A stretch of DNA of 64,000 nucleotides from Macrostomum lignano (GCA_002269645.1 NIVC01000042.1:124001-188000); one strand, 5' to 3'; shown: positions 1-14,027, numbered from the stretch's first letter. Made by a program: numbers and translations. The notes: generated by a model not told the origin, from the sequence alone.

Positions 1-415
<415 letters not shown>

Positions 416-2272
416 TCGCTGCCTGCAGCTCCCACACCAGCTTTCGTGACCAAGCATGCAAGCGTTTGCCACTTCTGCTCCGAACAGAACAAATCGGCAC
501 AGAATTCGACTGCGCATCTAAACTATAAAATCGCATGCCGAGCAGACACAGAGAACTGATAAAAGAGATACTGCAGCAGCAGCGGCAGCAGCAGCAGCAA
601 GGAGAGACAGAGAGAGCAGCCAAGATAGCGACTGAAACAAAAAATTGGCCACTTCCTCTTCCGCTGCAATCTTCTAGTCAAACGGCAGCCGGCAATTATT
701 TTATCTGGGCTATACGCTGTAATTAGCCTCTTCTTCCCTGCTTCCCCCTTTGCCCGCAGTCTCCTCGGTCCCCGGCTCTTTGCCTCGCTGCTCGACGGGC
801 GGTCCTGGCGGCGGGAGGGATGAAGAGGATTCTGCTTGGATATATCGACATCTACTCGTTCTCAAACTTCTCAACCTCCCTCCCTCCCCGCTGCGCGAGC
901 GATTTGTCAGACTCTTTGCCTTTTGCAGAGCTTCGAGCTTATCTAGCATGGAGACAGGGAGATAAACGACTCTTCAATATGTTCGCCTCCCGCATTCTTC
1001 GTGCGCACATGCAGCTTTCGTGCTCTGCTCTGCTCAAATTTTATGCATGCAACTGTCAAAAACTTCTTATATCTACTTGTTTGACAATGATCCGTGTCAA
1101 ATGGATGATCCATTAATTAGAAAAAAATAGAAGTTTTGCTAATTCCGAAAATTTGCATGCAACAAGTTGATGACCTAGGTGCATGGCATACAGGGGCCAT
1201 GGCATCTCAGAGTCATGTCAACGCCTCATGTCAACGGACGCTGTGCGGGAGCATGACTTGTGAGCTGCAGCATTTAAACATGTGCAGTCAAGTGAAACTC
1301 TCAGCATCTCCTACCCCTCATCTGTCCGTTTCCGCTATAATATCAGAGGCATTTTCATTTAAGATGGCTATACACAAAATCTTAATTGTGGGTTATCATT
1401 TTCGTGAGAAAATAAATGGTTTCTGATGACATTGTATAGCCTATAGAATTGAAAAACGAACAGGAGTGTTGAATATACTGCGCCACAGACGGTCAGTGGA
1501 GCAGAGAGTGAGGCTGTGCATATCTGCATTCTGCATGCTCTGCATCGCATATGGCTTCCAGCTGTGTGACAGTTCTGCCCATGTCTTTTGTCAAAGTGTT
1601 TTTAGCTTGCAAGAGCTGCTGCTGCACTCATAACTGTTAAAGAACTGCTACTACAGATCAACAGAGAGTTGAAAAAATAGCTGTCACAATACACTAGCTA
1701 TATACGAGTATATTACTGTATATAGTCGTACAATGGTATTCGAAATGTTGAAATCTCTTCACTTTACTGAGCGTGGGAGCATATACTCGTATATATTTGA
1801 GCACGGTCAGCACCCGCAGCTCTCATCATTTCATCGTTCTATCGCGTAAACGCATATCAAGTATAGTTATTCAACTAATGTATATGCATTACTTAATATA
1901 ATATTGCTTTTTCGAAGCCAATGGAGATATCAATGAGTTACTTTGGAAGGGAAAATTAAATTAACCCCAACTGCACCGGCGGGGAGGGGCAGCTGACTCC
2001 AATTGATAATCTCAATGTCGGGGTTAAGAGGGCCACTGACTGAACCCATCTTAATCAGTGCCAAGGGGGGGGGGGCAACTGCCCGCCTTTGTTCCCCCTG
2101 GTCCCTTGTTTTTGAATGCGCTTTGAATTTCATTCGAATTCGCGCAAGTTGATTCCTTTAAAATCCTTAATGAGTTTCATAGCTGCTCTGCTGGTGTTAC
2201 CCAATTCTCCGTGCTGGACTCATGGGAATATCCATTCTATATTAACTTCGTGTTCGTTAATCTTAACTAGTG

Positions 2273-3700
2273 AGAGATTTTAGCGCCGTACGGAGATTTT
2301 AGCGCCAATCTAGTGTCATATAGGGGAGATTTTAGCTCCAATTTAGCGGTGTAGGGGGAGATTTTAGCGCCAATTTAGCGGCGTAGGGGGAGATTTTAGC
2401 TCCAATTTAGCGGTGTAGGGGGAGATTTTAGCGCCAATTTAGCGGTGTAGGGGAGATTTTAGCTCCAATTTAGCGGTGTAGGGGGAGATTTTAGCGCCAA
2501 TTTAGCGGTGTAGGGGGAGATTTTAGCTCCAATTTAGCGGTGTAGGGGGAGATTTTAGCGCCAATTTAGCGGTGTAGGGGGAGATTTTAGCGCCAATTTA
2601 GCGGTGTAGGGGGAGATTTTAGCGCCAATTTAGCGGTGTAGGGGGAGATTTTAGCGCCAATTTAGCGGTGTAGGGGGAGATTTTAGCTCCAATTTAGCGG
2701 TGTAGGGGGAGATTTTAGCGCCAATTTAGCGGCGTAGGGGGAGATTTTAGCGCCAATTTAGCGGCGTAGGGGGAGATTTTAGCGCCAATTTAGCGGTGTA
2801 GGGGGAGATTTTAGCGCCAATTTAGCGGCGTAGGGGGAGATTTTAGCGCCAATTTAGCGGCGTAGGGGGAGATTTTAGCGCCAATTTAGCGGTGTAGGGG
2901 GAGATTTTAGCGCCAATCTAGTGTCATATAGGGGAGATTTTAGCTCCAATTTAGCGGTGTAGGGGGAGATTTTAGCGCCAATTTAGCGGCGTAGGGGGAG
3001 ATTTTAGCGCCAATTTAGCGGTGTAGGGGGAGATTTTAGCGCCAATTTAGCGGTGTAGGAGGAGATTTTAGCGCCAATCTAGTGTCATATAGGGGAGATT
3101 TTAGCTCCAATTTAGCGGTGTAGGGGGAGATTTTAGCGCCAATTTAGCGGCGTAGGGGGAGATTTTAGCGCCAATTTAGCGGTGTAGGGGGAGATTTTAG
3201 CGCCAATTTAGCGGCGTAGGGGGAGATTTTAGCGCCAATTTAGCGGCGTAGGGGGAGATTTTAGCGCCAATTTAGCGGCGTAGGGGGAGATTTTAGCGCC
3301 AATTTAGCGGCGTAGGGGGAGATTTTAGCGCCAATTTAGCGGCGTAGGGGGAGATTTTAGCGCTAATTTAGCGGCGCAAGGGGAGATTTTGGCGCCAATT
3401 TGCGATGTAGTGGAGGGGAGATTTTAGCTCCAATTTAGCGGTGTAGGGGGAGATTTTAGCGCCAATTTAGCGGCGTAGGGGGAGATTTTAGCGCCAATTT
3501 AGCGGTGTAGGGGGAGATTTTAGCGCCAATTTAGCGGCGTAGGGGGAGATTTTAGCGCCAATTTAGCGGCGTAGGGGGAGATTTTAGCGCCAATTTAGCG
3601 GTGTAGGGGGAGATTTTAGCGCCAATTTAGCGGCGTAGGGGGAGATTTTAGCGCCAATTTAGCGGTGTAGGGGGAGATTTTAGCGCCAATTTAGCGGCGC
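2273..3700 (+). repeat. 32-bp minisatellite (GTAGGGGGAGATTTTAGCGCCAATTTAGCGGT)
   Basis: About 40 tandem units with minor variants, ending ~600 bp upstream of the Dlx start. Confidence 0.97.
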
Positions 3701-4019
3701 CGGCTAAATGGTTAATTTCAGTTAGTTTGCTATTGCTCAGAGAGAGAGTGAGAGTAGTTTTGAAGTCAATGGAGTAAAATTTTGGTTTTGGTGCTCAATT
3801 TCCAATGAAACTCGATTATTTAAACTTGGTTTTGCTTTTGCAAAAAATTATGGAGATTTCGTGCAGACAGTGAGGCTAGCCTGGGTGCGCCCCATTTCTG
3901 GGGGTTCCCCGGAAGACCAAATTTGAATTCGGTGAGCTTTGGATTTGATTTGGGAGGCGGCTTCTCTGCCCCAGGCCCCCACCTCGTCCCGGCCAATGGC
4001 GCCACGCCCGGCTCTGCCA

Positions 4020-4062
4020 TCCGACCAATAAGCTCAGCGGGGCACTGGCGGCCCTATTAAAG
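4020..4062 (+). promoter_or_regulatory. Candidate Dlx core promoter (CCAAT box + TATA-like CTATTAAA)
   Basis: CCAAT at ~4025 and CTATTAAA at ~4054, about 230-260 bp before the first in-frame ATG. Motif match only. Confidence 0.35.
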
Positions 4063-4281
4063 GCCAACACTTATGATTAGGGGGGACAATTAAAGCATTG
4101 TCAATAGTAATCTTGGCCTGGCGGTAATTATTTGCCTTGCCCTGCCTCTCTATAATTTGTAATTTACTCACGCTAATCATTATAATACTTGCCTAATTAA
4201 CTCCCAGAGAGTTTCGACGGAAAGAGAACAAGCCTAGGGAAGAGAGAGAGAGAGAGAAAAAGAGAAAGAGAGTGCAAATTA

Positions 4282-5829
4282 ATGGAAACACTAAAAATGA
4301 CGGCCGGCCCTTTCCAGCCGGCAGAGCCGAGCCCTCCGCCAGCCGATTTTGGCGGCTCCCAGCAGCAGCAACAGCAGCAGCAGTCCGTGCCCGCCTACCC
4401 AGCTGGCATCGCGGCCTATTCCTCTGCCCTCCAGTCGCAGGGGGCATTTCCCAGGACACCTCTAGGCTCGGCCTACCCCCTGTCAGGCGGCTCCTACTCG
4501 GATCAGGCGGCTGCTCAGCATCCGTACTACGCCGGCCAGGGCTTCGGGCACGCGACAGTTGTCGGCCTCGGTGCTGTGAGAAATGATGGTGAGCTCAATT
4601 GCAATTTTATATGCTCTTTCTGTTTCTGTAATGGCAGTGGCGGATCCTGGGTAAAAGTCTGTCTACTCATATCTATCTTTGGATGTTAGACCGCCTCCTC
4701 CGCTTGGGGACCCTTTCTCCTCTGCTTGGGGACCCTTCTTCCTCCGCTTGGGGACCCTTCCTCCTCCGCTTGGGGACCCTTCCTCCTCCGCTTGGGGACC
4801 CTTTCTCCTCCGCTTGGGGACCCTTCCTCCTCCGCTTGGGGACCCTTCCTCCTCCGCTTGGGGACCCTTCCTCCTCCGCTTGGGGACCCTTCCTCCTCCG
4901 CTTGGGGACCCTTCCTCCTCCGCTTGGGACCCTTTCTCCTAATCAGCCATGCATTTTGACATTACAAATATGCAAGTTTTCATCCTATACACCGTTTGAA
5001 TCGGGCGGTAATTATACCATGCCATTCAACGGAATTTGTGGAGCTTTGCAAAAATTTAAATATGAAAATTTACCCCTGGGTTATAAAACGATGCGTGAAT
5101 TAAAGTTCTCGTCTCGTGTTCGCAATGCACTTTATTGTTTCCTATCTAAGAGTTTAGCACTTACACTTCTTATCGCAATAAAATAGAAAACCCAGCAGGC
5201 AATCAGACGCCTGTCTGTCTCACGGGAATATTTCAATTGGCTCCTCCTTTATCTGATTCAATTTAAATTTTATGGCTTAATTTGGCACCGCACCGCAAAA
5301 TCTAAGAGTTTATTTCGCTCTGAACGCTTTTTTATCTATCGATGTAATTGATTTGAACTTTAATTAACCGCGCGCGGATAATTTCTTGCACACGTTTTTT
5401 GAAGAACCGCCTAAAATTATTATTTTTCTAATTTCCTCTTGAGTTTAGTGAGTTAACGCTGGTTAAGGTAGCGGAAAGCATTAAAATTATAGGTAATAGG
5501 AGTTCACTTACAACATACATACACACAAACATCGCGTCAGTTTTAGTATTAGGAGAGGTCATATATATTTAAACCATTTTAATAAGCACACTGTTGGACA
5601 TTGTTCCACATTCAAACAATTCAGATGTTGTAACTGTAAAAACTAAAAATTAAATTGGTCGAGATACCCTTGCAGTGGCTGTAGTACAGCACCCAACTCC
5701 TATAGTCGATGCCTTTTTAAGTCACAGGGATTGGCAAACTTTTTTTACCTTAAGGGCCAAATAAAAACCAGCTTTCATTTGACTCTTGACTGGGTGCCAG
5801 ATGACTCGATGAGAGAGGAGAGGACAGAG

Positions 5830-5864
<35 letters not shown>

Positions 5865-8800
5865 AGAGGATATAGATAAAAGGAGGGAAGAGATGAGAAA
5901 GATGAGAGGAGAGTGAAGAGACATAGAGGTTAAGCCCGGGCCGGATTGTGCAGTCTTAAAAGACTCGAGGGCCAAATAGAAATGCTTATCGCGCCCTTCT
6001 GTAACAAAATCTATATGAAATAATTTTGGCCATAATTTTGAACAAAATATTTTAGCACCGCAAAAAAATGTTAGCTTTTCAAGTCACATTTCTATCAATA
6101 ATTTTGTTGAAGATTGTAAAAATTGAGATTAAAAACTTCAGATTCGAAAACAGCTTGGCTCCTAAGCTGTTTCTCACAATTGGCACGAGTTTCATTGTGC
6201 GGCAGGAAAATTCAAAGAAATAATTTTTAAGGTAAAAATCGACCTGGAAACAGTGGCGTAGGCAAGGGGGGATACGGGGATGTATACCCCCGTGGGCCTG
6301 GTCGGTGTAAGAAATTTGTTTATGGTTGTGCTTATTTTCTAGTGCTGAAAAATATATTCAGCTTTAAAACAACACCAAAATTGACCAAATCGGTTCTTGC
6401 TATTCCGGGAGCACGAGAATTTCCCGTAGGAAGTTTTCCCGCAGGAGGTTTGCCCGCAGGAGGTTTACCCGCAGGAGGTTTACCCGCAGGAGGTTTTCCC
6501 ACAGCAGGTTTACCCGCAGGAGGTTTTCCCACAGCAGGTTTACCCGCAGGAGGTTTTCCCACAGCAGGTTTACCCGCAGGAGGTTTTCCCACAGCAGGTT
6601 TACCCGCAGGAGGTTTTCCCACAGCAGGTTTACCCGCAGGAGGTTTTCCCACAGCAGGTTTACCCGCAGGAGGTTTTCCCACAGCAGGTTTACCCGCAGG
6701 AGGTTTTCCCACAGCAGGTTTACCCGCAGGAGGTTTTCCCACAGCAGGTTTACCCGCAGGAGGTTTTCCCACAGCAGGTTTACCCGCAGGAGGTTTTCCC
6801 ACAGCAGGTTTACCCGCAGGAGGTTTTCCCACAGCAGGTTTACCCGCAGGAGGTTTTCCCACAGCAGGTTTACCCGCAGGAGGTTTTCCCACAGCAGGTT
6901 TACCCGCAGGAGGTTTTCCCACAGCAGGTTTACCCGCAGGAGGTTTTCCGGCAAGAGATTTTCCCGCAGGGTTTTTACAGTCGGAATTTCAAGTCAAATC
7001 CAGTCTAAAGACAGTGCTAGACTAGATTAGAACTAGACTAGACTAGACTAGACTAGGCTAGACTAGACATAAACTAGACTAGCACATAAACTAGACTAGA
7101 TTAATAACTAGACTAGATTAGTTTTCAGATCCGATAGGATTTAACTTGAAATTCCGACAGGAAAAACCCTGCGGGAAAAACCCTGCGGGAAAACCTCGGC
7201 GGGAAAACTTCCTGCGGGAAATTCTCATAAGACCCGCTATTCCGAAATGATGAAGAATTTCCTGCAGACAGCAAGCTTTCTTGCCAAGCAAGAAAGCAAT
7301 CTTGCCAAGCAATCTTGCCAAGCTGTTCTTGGAAACGAACTGCATGGCTTGGGCTGGTCCGCCTGCATGGGAGTCACTTCCGTGACTGCAGTGGTCCCTG
7401 GCTTAGTGAAGCTTAATCCACCAGTTGGATTATGAGCTCAAAGTTCCCTATAAAAAGTATATATTCAGTCAACAAACAGTGGCTTTTTCTTCAGGTGTTT
7501 ACTGCTGCTTCATCGCCTCAATGTAGGACAAAAACAGGCCTCAAGCTCAAATTGACAGGTCGCAAAACTGCATCCTGCAGCACCATGATGTCCATAAATA
7601 AGCAGCTCAACTTTGCCCTGTGCAGGTGCGGAAATCGGATAAAAAGGAAGCCAGCCATTGCTGTCCAAGAAAAGACGCCAGTAAAAGAAAATGTTTTTTT
7701 TTGAGAAAAGAAACAGTTTTTCCAACCCCCAGAATCATTTATTTCTGGCTTCTCAAAGAGGACGCAAATCTTTAATCTGCTGTGTTTCTTCTTCCAAAAT
7801 TGATTCGATTTCGGGACAGCAGAGTCAAACGAGATGAAAAAATTGGCATTAGGGAAAAATAGATCAAACAAAGACCCTGCATGCTCGCAAAGAGATCTCT
7901 TTGGCTGGGATCGAGATTGAGAAAAAATTACAAGAAGTGTAGGCCGGAAAATTAAAGTTCTGTGCTTTACATCGCGGGCTGCAGGCCAATATTGCTGCTA
8001 AAATTGATCAATAATTGCTCCAAATTATGATCCTGTCTTGTTGAGAAGTTCGACTCTGACGACACGGGACTGACGCAGATTCGAAATTCGAAAATCTACC
8101 TATTTTTATTAATAATGTCACTCACTGAATTTGACTGACAAGATCTTTAATATGCTCGAGTCTTGATTGAGAATGCGACTCAAACCGCATTAGTCGCCAT
8201 CTTCTTGCACACCCGCAGACTCCCGCGGCGAAGAGCAGGCGCTGCACATTCGCACCGGCGTCAAAGGCAAGAAGATGCGCAAGCCGCGCACCATCTACTC
8301 CAGCCTGCAGCTGCAGCAGCTCAACAAGCGATTCCAGCGGACTCAGTACCTGTCGCTGCCTGAACGGGCCGAGCTGGCGGCTAGCCTGGGACTCACGCAG
8401 ACTCAGGTGAGGATCGACTGGCCCCAGTGATAGACAGGAGGGGTAGAATTAGGACAAGCTCCATGGCCAAGGGAGAGGGGAGAAGGACAACCTCCGTGGC
8501 CAAGGGAGAGGGGAGAAGGACAACCTCCGTGGCCAAGGGAGAGGGGAGAAGGACAACCTCCGTGGCCAAGGGAGATGGGAGAAGGACAACCTCCGTGGCC
8601 AAGGGAGAGGGGAGAAGGACAACCTCCGTGGCCAAGGGAGATGGGAGAAGGACAACCTCCGTGGCCAAGGGAGAGGGGAGAAGGACAACCTCCGTGGCCA
8701 AGGGAGATGGGAGAAGGACAACCTCCGTGGCCAAGGGAGAGGGGAGAAGGACAACCTCCGTGGCCAAGGGAGAGAGGAGAAGGCTGACCTTCACTACAGA

Positions 8801-11800
8801 TATGAAAAGAATTTGGTTTTACTTAACAGCACCATTCAGGAACAGAGCAAGTTTCTGCGTGACAAGTTTTCAAGTTGGATTATCAAAGCGCGCTTTTAAC
8901 CCTTATAAAAATTTTCTTAGAAATAAGTTTCACCAGCTTGAAGTATTGATAAAAATAGAATCTGGGAATAGATGTAAGATGCTCAGTTGTGGAATTGGAT
9001 CGCAAGCGATGCCCGAGGCCAGGAAGCCAGCCTCGCCACAACAATTGCTACAGTTGCTAATCTGGCAGTCCTGCACCTGCCCAAGGCACCTGAATTAGGT
9101 ATATATCGATGACGATTCAATATACGGGGAGAGAGAAGGCCAAGAACAAGGACCGAATGTTGTTGCAAAATGGAAAAGAAAGCCTACTCAGGAGCGCTGT
9201 TAGAGTCAGAGACGAACCACAGGCTGTTTACCCTGAAATTCTCTTTATGCAGATCTTAGTAGAGCAGGTGGGCAAAGGGTCGCATTGGTTCAGGACCCGC
9301 GCTTCTTTATTCCTTGATGTCGTCGAGTCCGAAATTATTGTTCCACAGAGTCGCTGCGCTGGATGCTTTAAAAAGAAAAAAACGAAGAAAAACTGAAAGG
9401 GCCGCAGGGGCACAGCGGCAGCTGCACGGGAGGATTCTGGGGCGCAGGTGAACACAGCGGAAAGTAGTAATTACAGGCAATCGGGGTGAGGACAGAGTTC
9501 CTTGGTCTTGCCGAATCTCAGCTCATCCTGTCGGTTTTTTAGCGCAAAAAGGAGAAAAAGGCAGCTGCGCTCAAGAGGCAAGTAAAAGAACCAAAGACCC
9601 GCCGTCCCCTGTTATTAAGCGCGCTCGACTTTCTCCAGTCAGCGTGTATGTGTATGACGTGAGCAGGCGCGCGGGGTTTTATGGAGACGCATTGAGCAGG
9701 GTTGAGTCCTGGCGGCTGCAGACACTATAGGCAGGTAAAGGTAGGGTTCGTACTCGCTCACCACATCGCCCTGTAAAGTAGGAAGACAGACAACAGTTCG
9801 GCAGGTGAAAAGGATTCATTGTCCTCAATGGAAACATACGCGCTTGTGTTATTTAACTTCTTAATCTCCCGTCATTGAAACATCCAATAGTCCCGACTCT
9901 CCATCGAGTCCCGCTCGAAGATCCTCAAATCCTATAATGAGTCTCACTTAACAATAGCAGGGGCCTAATGCTGAGCAGACACTGTACTCATAGATGAAGA
10001 CTCAATCCAAGAGCTCACATTTTCAAGGAAGAAATAATCTGTTAAATTGTGCTCATATAGCTAGCTAATATTCGCAAGCAGTCCTCCCCCGGAGACAGAA
10101 ATACTTGTCGGAGAGCAGCGCCTTCTCCAAGCTGGCTTGTGGGCAGCCCCGCCCCCCGCGGAGAGCCAGACAGAGCGGCGTCACCGGCTGCTGCTGCTGC
10201 TGCTGCACGCAAGCCTCAAAGGGAAGAATAAGCCAGACACAGAGATATAGATAGACAGACTTGTATAGGAGAGTCGCACAGCAACTGGACAAGTGCCGTG
10301 TAGAAGCAGCAGCCCTGAAGGGCCACCGAGGTGAATGGGCTTCTGTCAATCATGAGTAGGCGTGTAATTACCACCACCCAGCCGCCGGTTAGTGGCTAGC
10401 CACCTTAGTCAGCCAATGAATTTGCCCGCCCACCTGGGGCCCTAAGTGTAGTTGCTCGCTGAAGGCGGGCGGGAGGTAGTTCACGGCGACACAGTGTCAC
10501 CTGCATGTCGAGCTGGAGAGGAAACATTATTAGACCAATACGAGAGGCAACTCTTGTTTTAAGATACTGGAAATGAATTTCTACAAAACTAGCTCACCTG
10601 TGGAGGCTGAAGTGGGCGCCGAGCATTGTGTCACCAAAACTCTTCTTTTTTCAAGACCCTTCCGTCTGCTAGCAGAGATTTTGTGCTGAGTGCCGGTGCG
10701 ACAGGCAGAAATTATAGTTTCTCATTAATTCTGCTGTTGTAGCTGTCATCCCGGGCTAATTTGCGCACCCAGTTAGATGATAGAGCAGATTAGTTTGTTA
10801 ACTTCAATCGTGCATGGATAATTATAAAGCACATGGAACTTTCACTTTGCTGCGTCTGGTATCTCTATGCCTATTTTTATGCGTTTGCTTTTTCCAATTC
10901 GGGTTAAGAAAATTGGTCTCAGACAGGCTCGAATGACTGCCTTCTTGTCTCTTCTTTCTTTCTTTCCTTTTGCTATTTAGCTGGCTAGCCTGAGCCCTGA
11001 ATTGCTGGGAAACATGAAAAATTGCTATTCGACCGGCTTCGTAGAAAACAGCCCGCCCTCAAATACCGCCCCCAGACCGCCCTCAAATACCGCCCCCAGA
11101 ACCGCCCTCAAATACCGCCCTCAAATACCGCCCCCAGAACCGCCCTCAAATACCGCCCCCAGAACCGCCCTCAAATACCGCCCCCAGAACCGCCCTCAAA
11201 TACCGCCCCCAGAACCGCCCTCAAATACCGCCCCCAGAACCGCCCTCAAATACCGCCCCCAGAACCGCCCTCAAATACCGCCCCCAGAACCGCCCTCAAA
11301 TACCGCCCCCAGAACCGCCCTCAAATACCGCCCCAGAACCGCCCTCAAATACCGCCCCCAGAACCGCCCTCAAATACCGCCCCCAGAACCGCCCTCAAAT
11401 ACCGCCCCAGACCGCCCTCAAATACCGCCCCCAGAACCGCCCTCAAATACCGCCCCCTGAACCGCCCTCAAATACCGCCCCCAGACCGCCCTCAAATACC
11501 GCCCCCAGACCGCCCTCAAATACCGCCCCCAGACCGCCCTCAAATACCGCCCCCAGACCGCCCTCAAATACCGCCCCCAGACCGCCCTCAAATACCGCCC
11601 CCAGACCGCCCTCAAATACCGCCCCCAGACCGCCCTCAAATACCGCCCCCAGAACCGCCCTCAAATACCGCCCTCAAATACCGCCTCCAGAACCGCCCTC
11701 AAATACCGCCCCCAGAACCGCCCTCAAATACCGCCCCCTGAACCGCCCTCAAATACCGCCCCCAGACCGCCCTCAAATACCGCCCCCAGACCGCCCTCAA

Positions 11801-13030
11801 ATACCGCCCCCAGACCGCCCTCAAATACCGCCCCAGACCGCCCTCAAATACCGCCCCCAGAACCGCCCTCAAATACCGCCCCCAGAACCACCCTCAAACA
11901 TCCCCCCGAACCACCCCCAAATACCGCCTCCAGAACCACTCTCAAAAAACTATGCTACACAAAATATATATTACCCATAATTCTCAGGTAAAAATATGGT
12001 TCCAAAACCGCCGATCAAAGTACAAGAAGCTGCTCAAGCAAGGTCACGATCCTCAGCAGCTGGTCAGCGCCATGAACGCTGATGACGATGAAGAGGACGA
12101 GGAAGACAGAGAGGTGAGGCTGCGGATCGATTGTTCATTCAACTTACTGATCTCTCAGAGACCTTAGTCTCCCACCATCTATAAAAATATTGTGGGTTGT
12201 GGGTGGGCACCCTTCGCTTTCGGGGGGTCAGACGGATTTACCGCTGAGCTGCTCAAGGGTCAGATAAAGAACCCAGCTCATGGCTGCGGGTCAGATGAGA
12301 GGAAAGACGAGAGCTGAGAAGAGACACAAAACTTGAGCGGGCTAGTCAGGCAGCGGAAAAGACATTGATCAACCGAGCCATCCGGGATCCGCACTCCCCA
12401 ATCTTGCAGCCCGCCGGCCAAATGAAAGACGAAGCCGTCAGCCCGTCGGAGGCGGACTCCGCCGCGGCGGCCGCTCTGGAGGCGGCGTGCAACGCTGGCA
12501 TCGGGGCGCCCAGAGGTCACGGCCAGCACGGCTCTCCGGCGGGCGCCGGGCGTTGCCCCTCGACTGGAGTCACTGGACACGACAGCGACTCTCCCGGCGC
12601 TCATCATCACCAGCAGCAGCAACAGCATCATCAGCTTCATCAGCAGCTGCACCAGCATCATCAGTCGCAGCTGTTGCAACATCAGCAGATTCAGCAGCAA
12701 CAGCTACAGCAGCAGCAACAGCAGCACCCTGTTGACAGCCAGACGGCCGCGGCGGCTGCTGCCGCTGCAGCTGCGGCGGCCGCTGCCGCCTTCGGTTCCT
12801 GGAGCCCCGAGGAGATGGAAGCGGCCGCAGCCACAGCGCACGGCTATGGCCAGCCGCTGCCGCCGCACCACCAGCTGCAGCAGCCTCACCATCACCAGCA
12901 GCAGCAGCAGCAGCTCCAGCAGCAACAGCATCGCGCGGCAAATCCCAACAGCTACGGATATCCCAGCAACCCGTACTGGTACAACTACCAGGCCCAGATG
13001 CCGGGAATGTACAACTATCAGCAATGCTAG
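4282..13030 (+). CDS. Dlx: Distal-less/Dlx homeobox transcription factor, 4 exons (~413 aa)
   Basis: Exons 4282(or 4297)-4588, 8219-8406, 11988-12113 and 12410-13030, all GT-AG with matching phases (1,0,0). Homeodomain [45 protein letters not shown]|[14 protein letters not shown] is diagnostic Dlx, with the conserved intron before VKIWF. The C-terminus has polyQ/H and polyA tracts and a YWY motif. Confidence 0.96.
4690..4935 (+). repeat. 22-bp minisatellite (CCTCCTCCGCTTGGGGACCCTT) in Dlx intron 1
   Basis: About 11 tandem units starting ~100 bp after the exon 1 donor. Confidence 0.95.
5725..6000. mobile_element. hAT-like non-autonomous element (MITE) with internal GA-rich tract
   Basis: Begins CAGGGATTGGCAAACT, resembling hAT CAGGG termini. 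Segment 5929-5985 (TTAAGCCCGGGCCGGATTG...AAAAGACTCGAGGGCC) is homologous to 16495-16560. Confidence 0.5.
6404..7235. mobile_element. Fold-back element: 30-bp array in left arm, inverted short right arm, (GACTA)n spacer
   Basis: 30-bp unit TACCCGCAGGAGGTTTTCCCACAGCAGGTT runs ~6430-6960. 6972-7000 is the reverse complement of ~7137-7165, and 6410-6445 of ~7195-7228. (GACTA)n lies at 7015-7098. Confidence 0.75.
8455..8780 (+). repeat. 33-bp minisatellite (GGCCAAGGGAGAGGGGAGAAGGACAACCTCCGT) in Dlx intron 2
   Basis: About 10 tandem units starting ~50 bp after the exon 2 donor. Confidence 0.96.
11055..11940 (+). repeat. 24/25-bp minisatellite (CCGCCCTCAAATACCGCCCCCAGAA) in Dlx intron 2
   Basis: About 35 units ending ~45 bp before the exon 3 acceptor. 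Confidence 0.97.
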
Positions 13031-14027
13031 TCCACCGCCCCTCAGCGCGCCCAAGCCAAGCCCATGGGACCACTGCAGATATGGGAGTGGCTCCCCCAAA
13101 ACTGGGGTCCAGGCGGATACGAACTGGCCTGAGCTGGCCCGCCTCAGAGTTCTTACCATGACTGCAGTGGTCCCTGGCCAGCCCCATACAGTACATGCCC
13201 AGCTGCAGCAGCTGCGGAGGCTGCACCTAACTGACCAACTAACCAAAAACAATTGCTTTGTTTGTTTGTTTGTTTGTATTTTTTCTAACCTGGCGTCTGC
13301 AGCGTTTTGCAATGCCTCAACGGCCGATGCACGCACACCAAGCTAACAGCAACTTGAATGAATATAGCTTGACTTGGAAATGCTCTGCATGGCGAGAGTT
13401 GGAAAGCACTAATTTGATGGCATCTTAGCATTCTAAATACCATCTCGTCAATGCTTATAGAGTTAGGCTTTCAATTGAAAAACAAATGCTGGTTAAAACA
13501 TCTAAAACACAAGCATAGGAAGCTTTTAAGCTAACGCTTTCTACTTTAATAACAAGCAACGAGCCGTCATGATGCTCATATAAATAGATTTACAACCCGA
13601 TCACCAGCGTCCTGCACCGCTTCGCGATGTTTTATTGTCGTTTGCACCGGCAAAGTTTAAAAAATACGAGTGTTTTTTGTTATAATCTGTTGTTATAATC
13701 GGTGCGTCGTTTAAATTGTCGTATAGGGATATAACCTCCTATCTTGATTGAGTACCCCTTGCCTAGATAAACAGACTCAGCGTCTCTGATTGCACCGACT
13801 CTGCTGGAGTTTTTGGCCCATTGGCGCACCGCTAAATACGCTAGTAAGAAGTCTATTAGCTAAATAAGCAAGATTTTGATGCACAGCTGCATAAATGCAA
13901 TGCAATTTTTAAGCAAACCTGTATTGTTAAACTCTATTCTGATTAAATATTGTCGTATTTAAATTGCTTCTGTTTATTTCTGCTTTTATTTTCTTTGCGA
14001 CTTCCATACGACTGGAGTCAGGGGCGC

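Noticed and set aside
535-1116. PolyQ-containing short ORFs
   Set aside because: No recognisable domain or supportable exon structure.
6332-7025. Long ORFs of 184-227 aa ([15 protein letters not shown] repeats)
   Set aside because: Translations of the 30-bp minisatellite inside Dlx intron 1. They are open only because the unit lacks stops.
8393-9098. 223-aa [14 protein letters not shown] and antisense ORFs
   Set aside because: 33-bp minisatellite in Dlx intron 2.
11002-11741. Pro-rich ORFs
   Set aside because: Translations of the 25-bp intronic minisatellite.
12278-13346. Alternative-frame and antisense ORFs of 140-218 aa
   Set aside because: Shadows of the CAG/GCN-rich Dlx exon 4.
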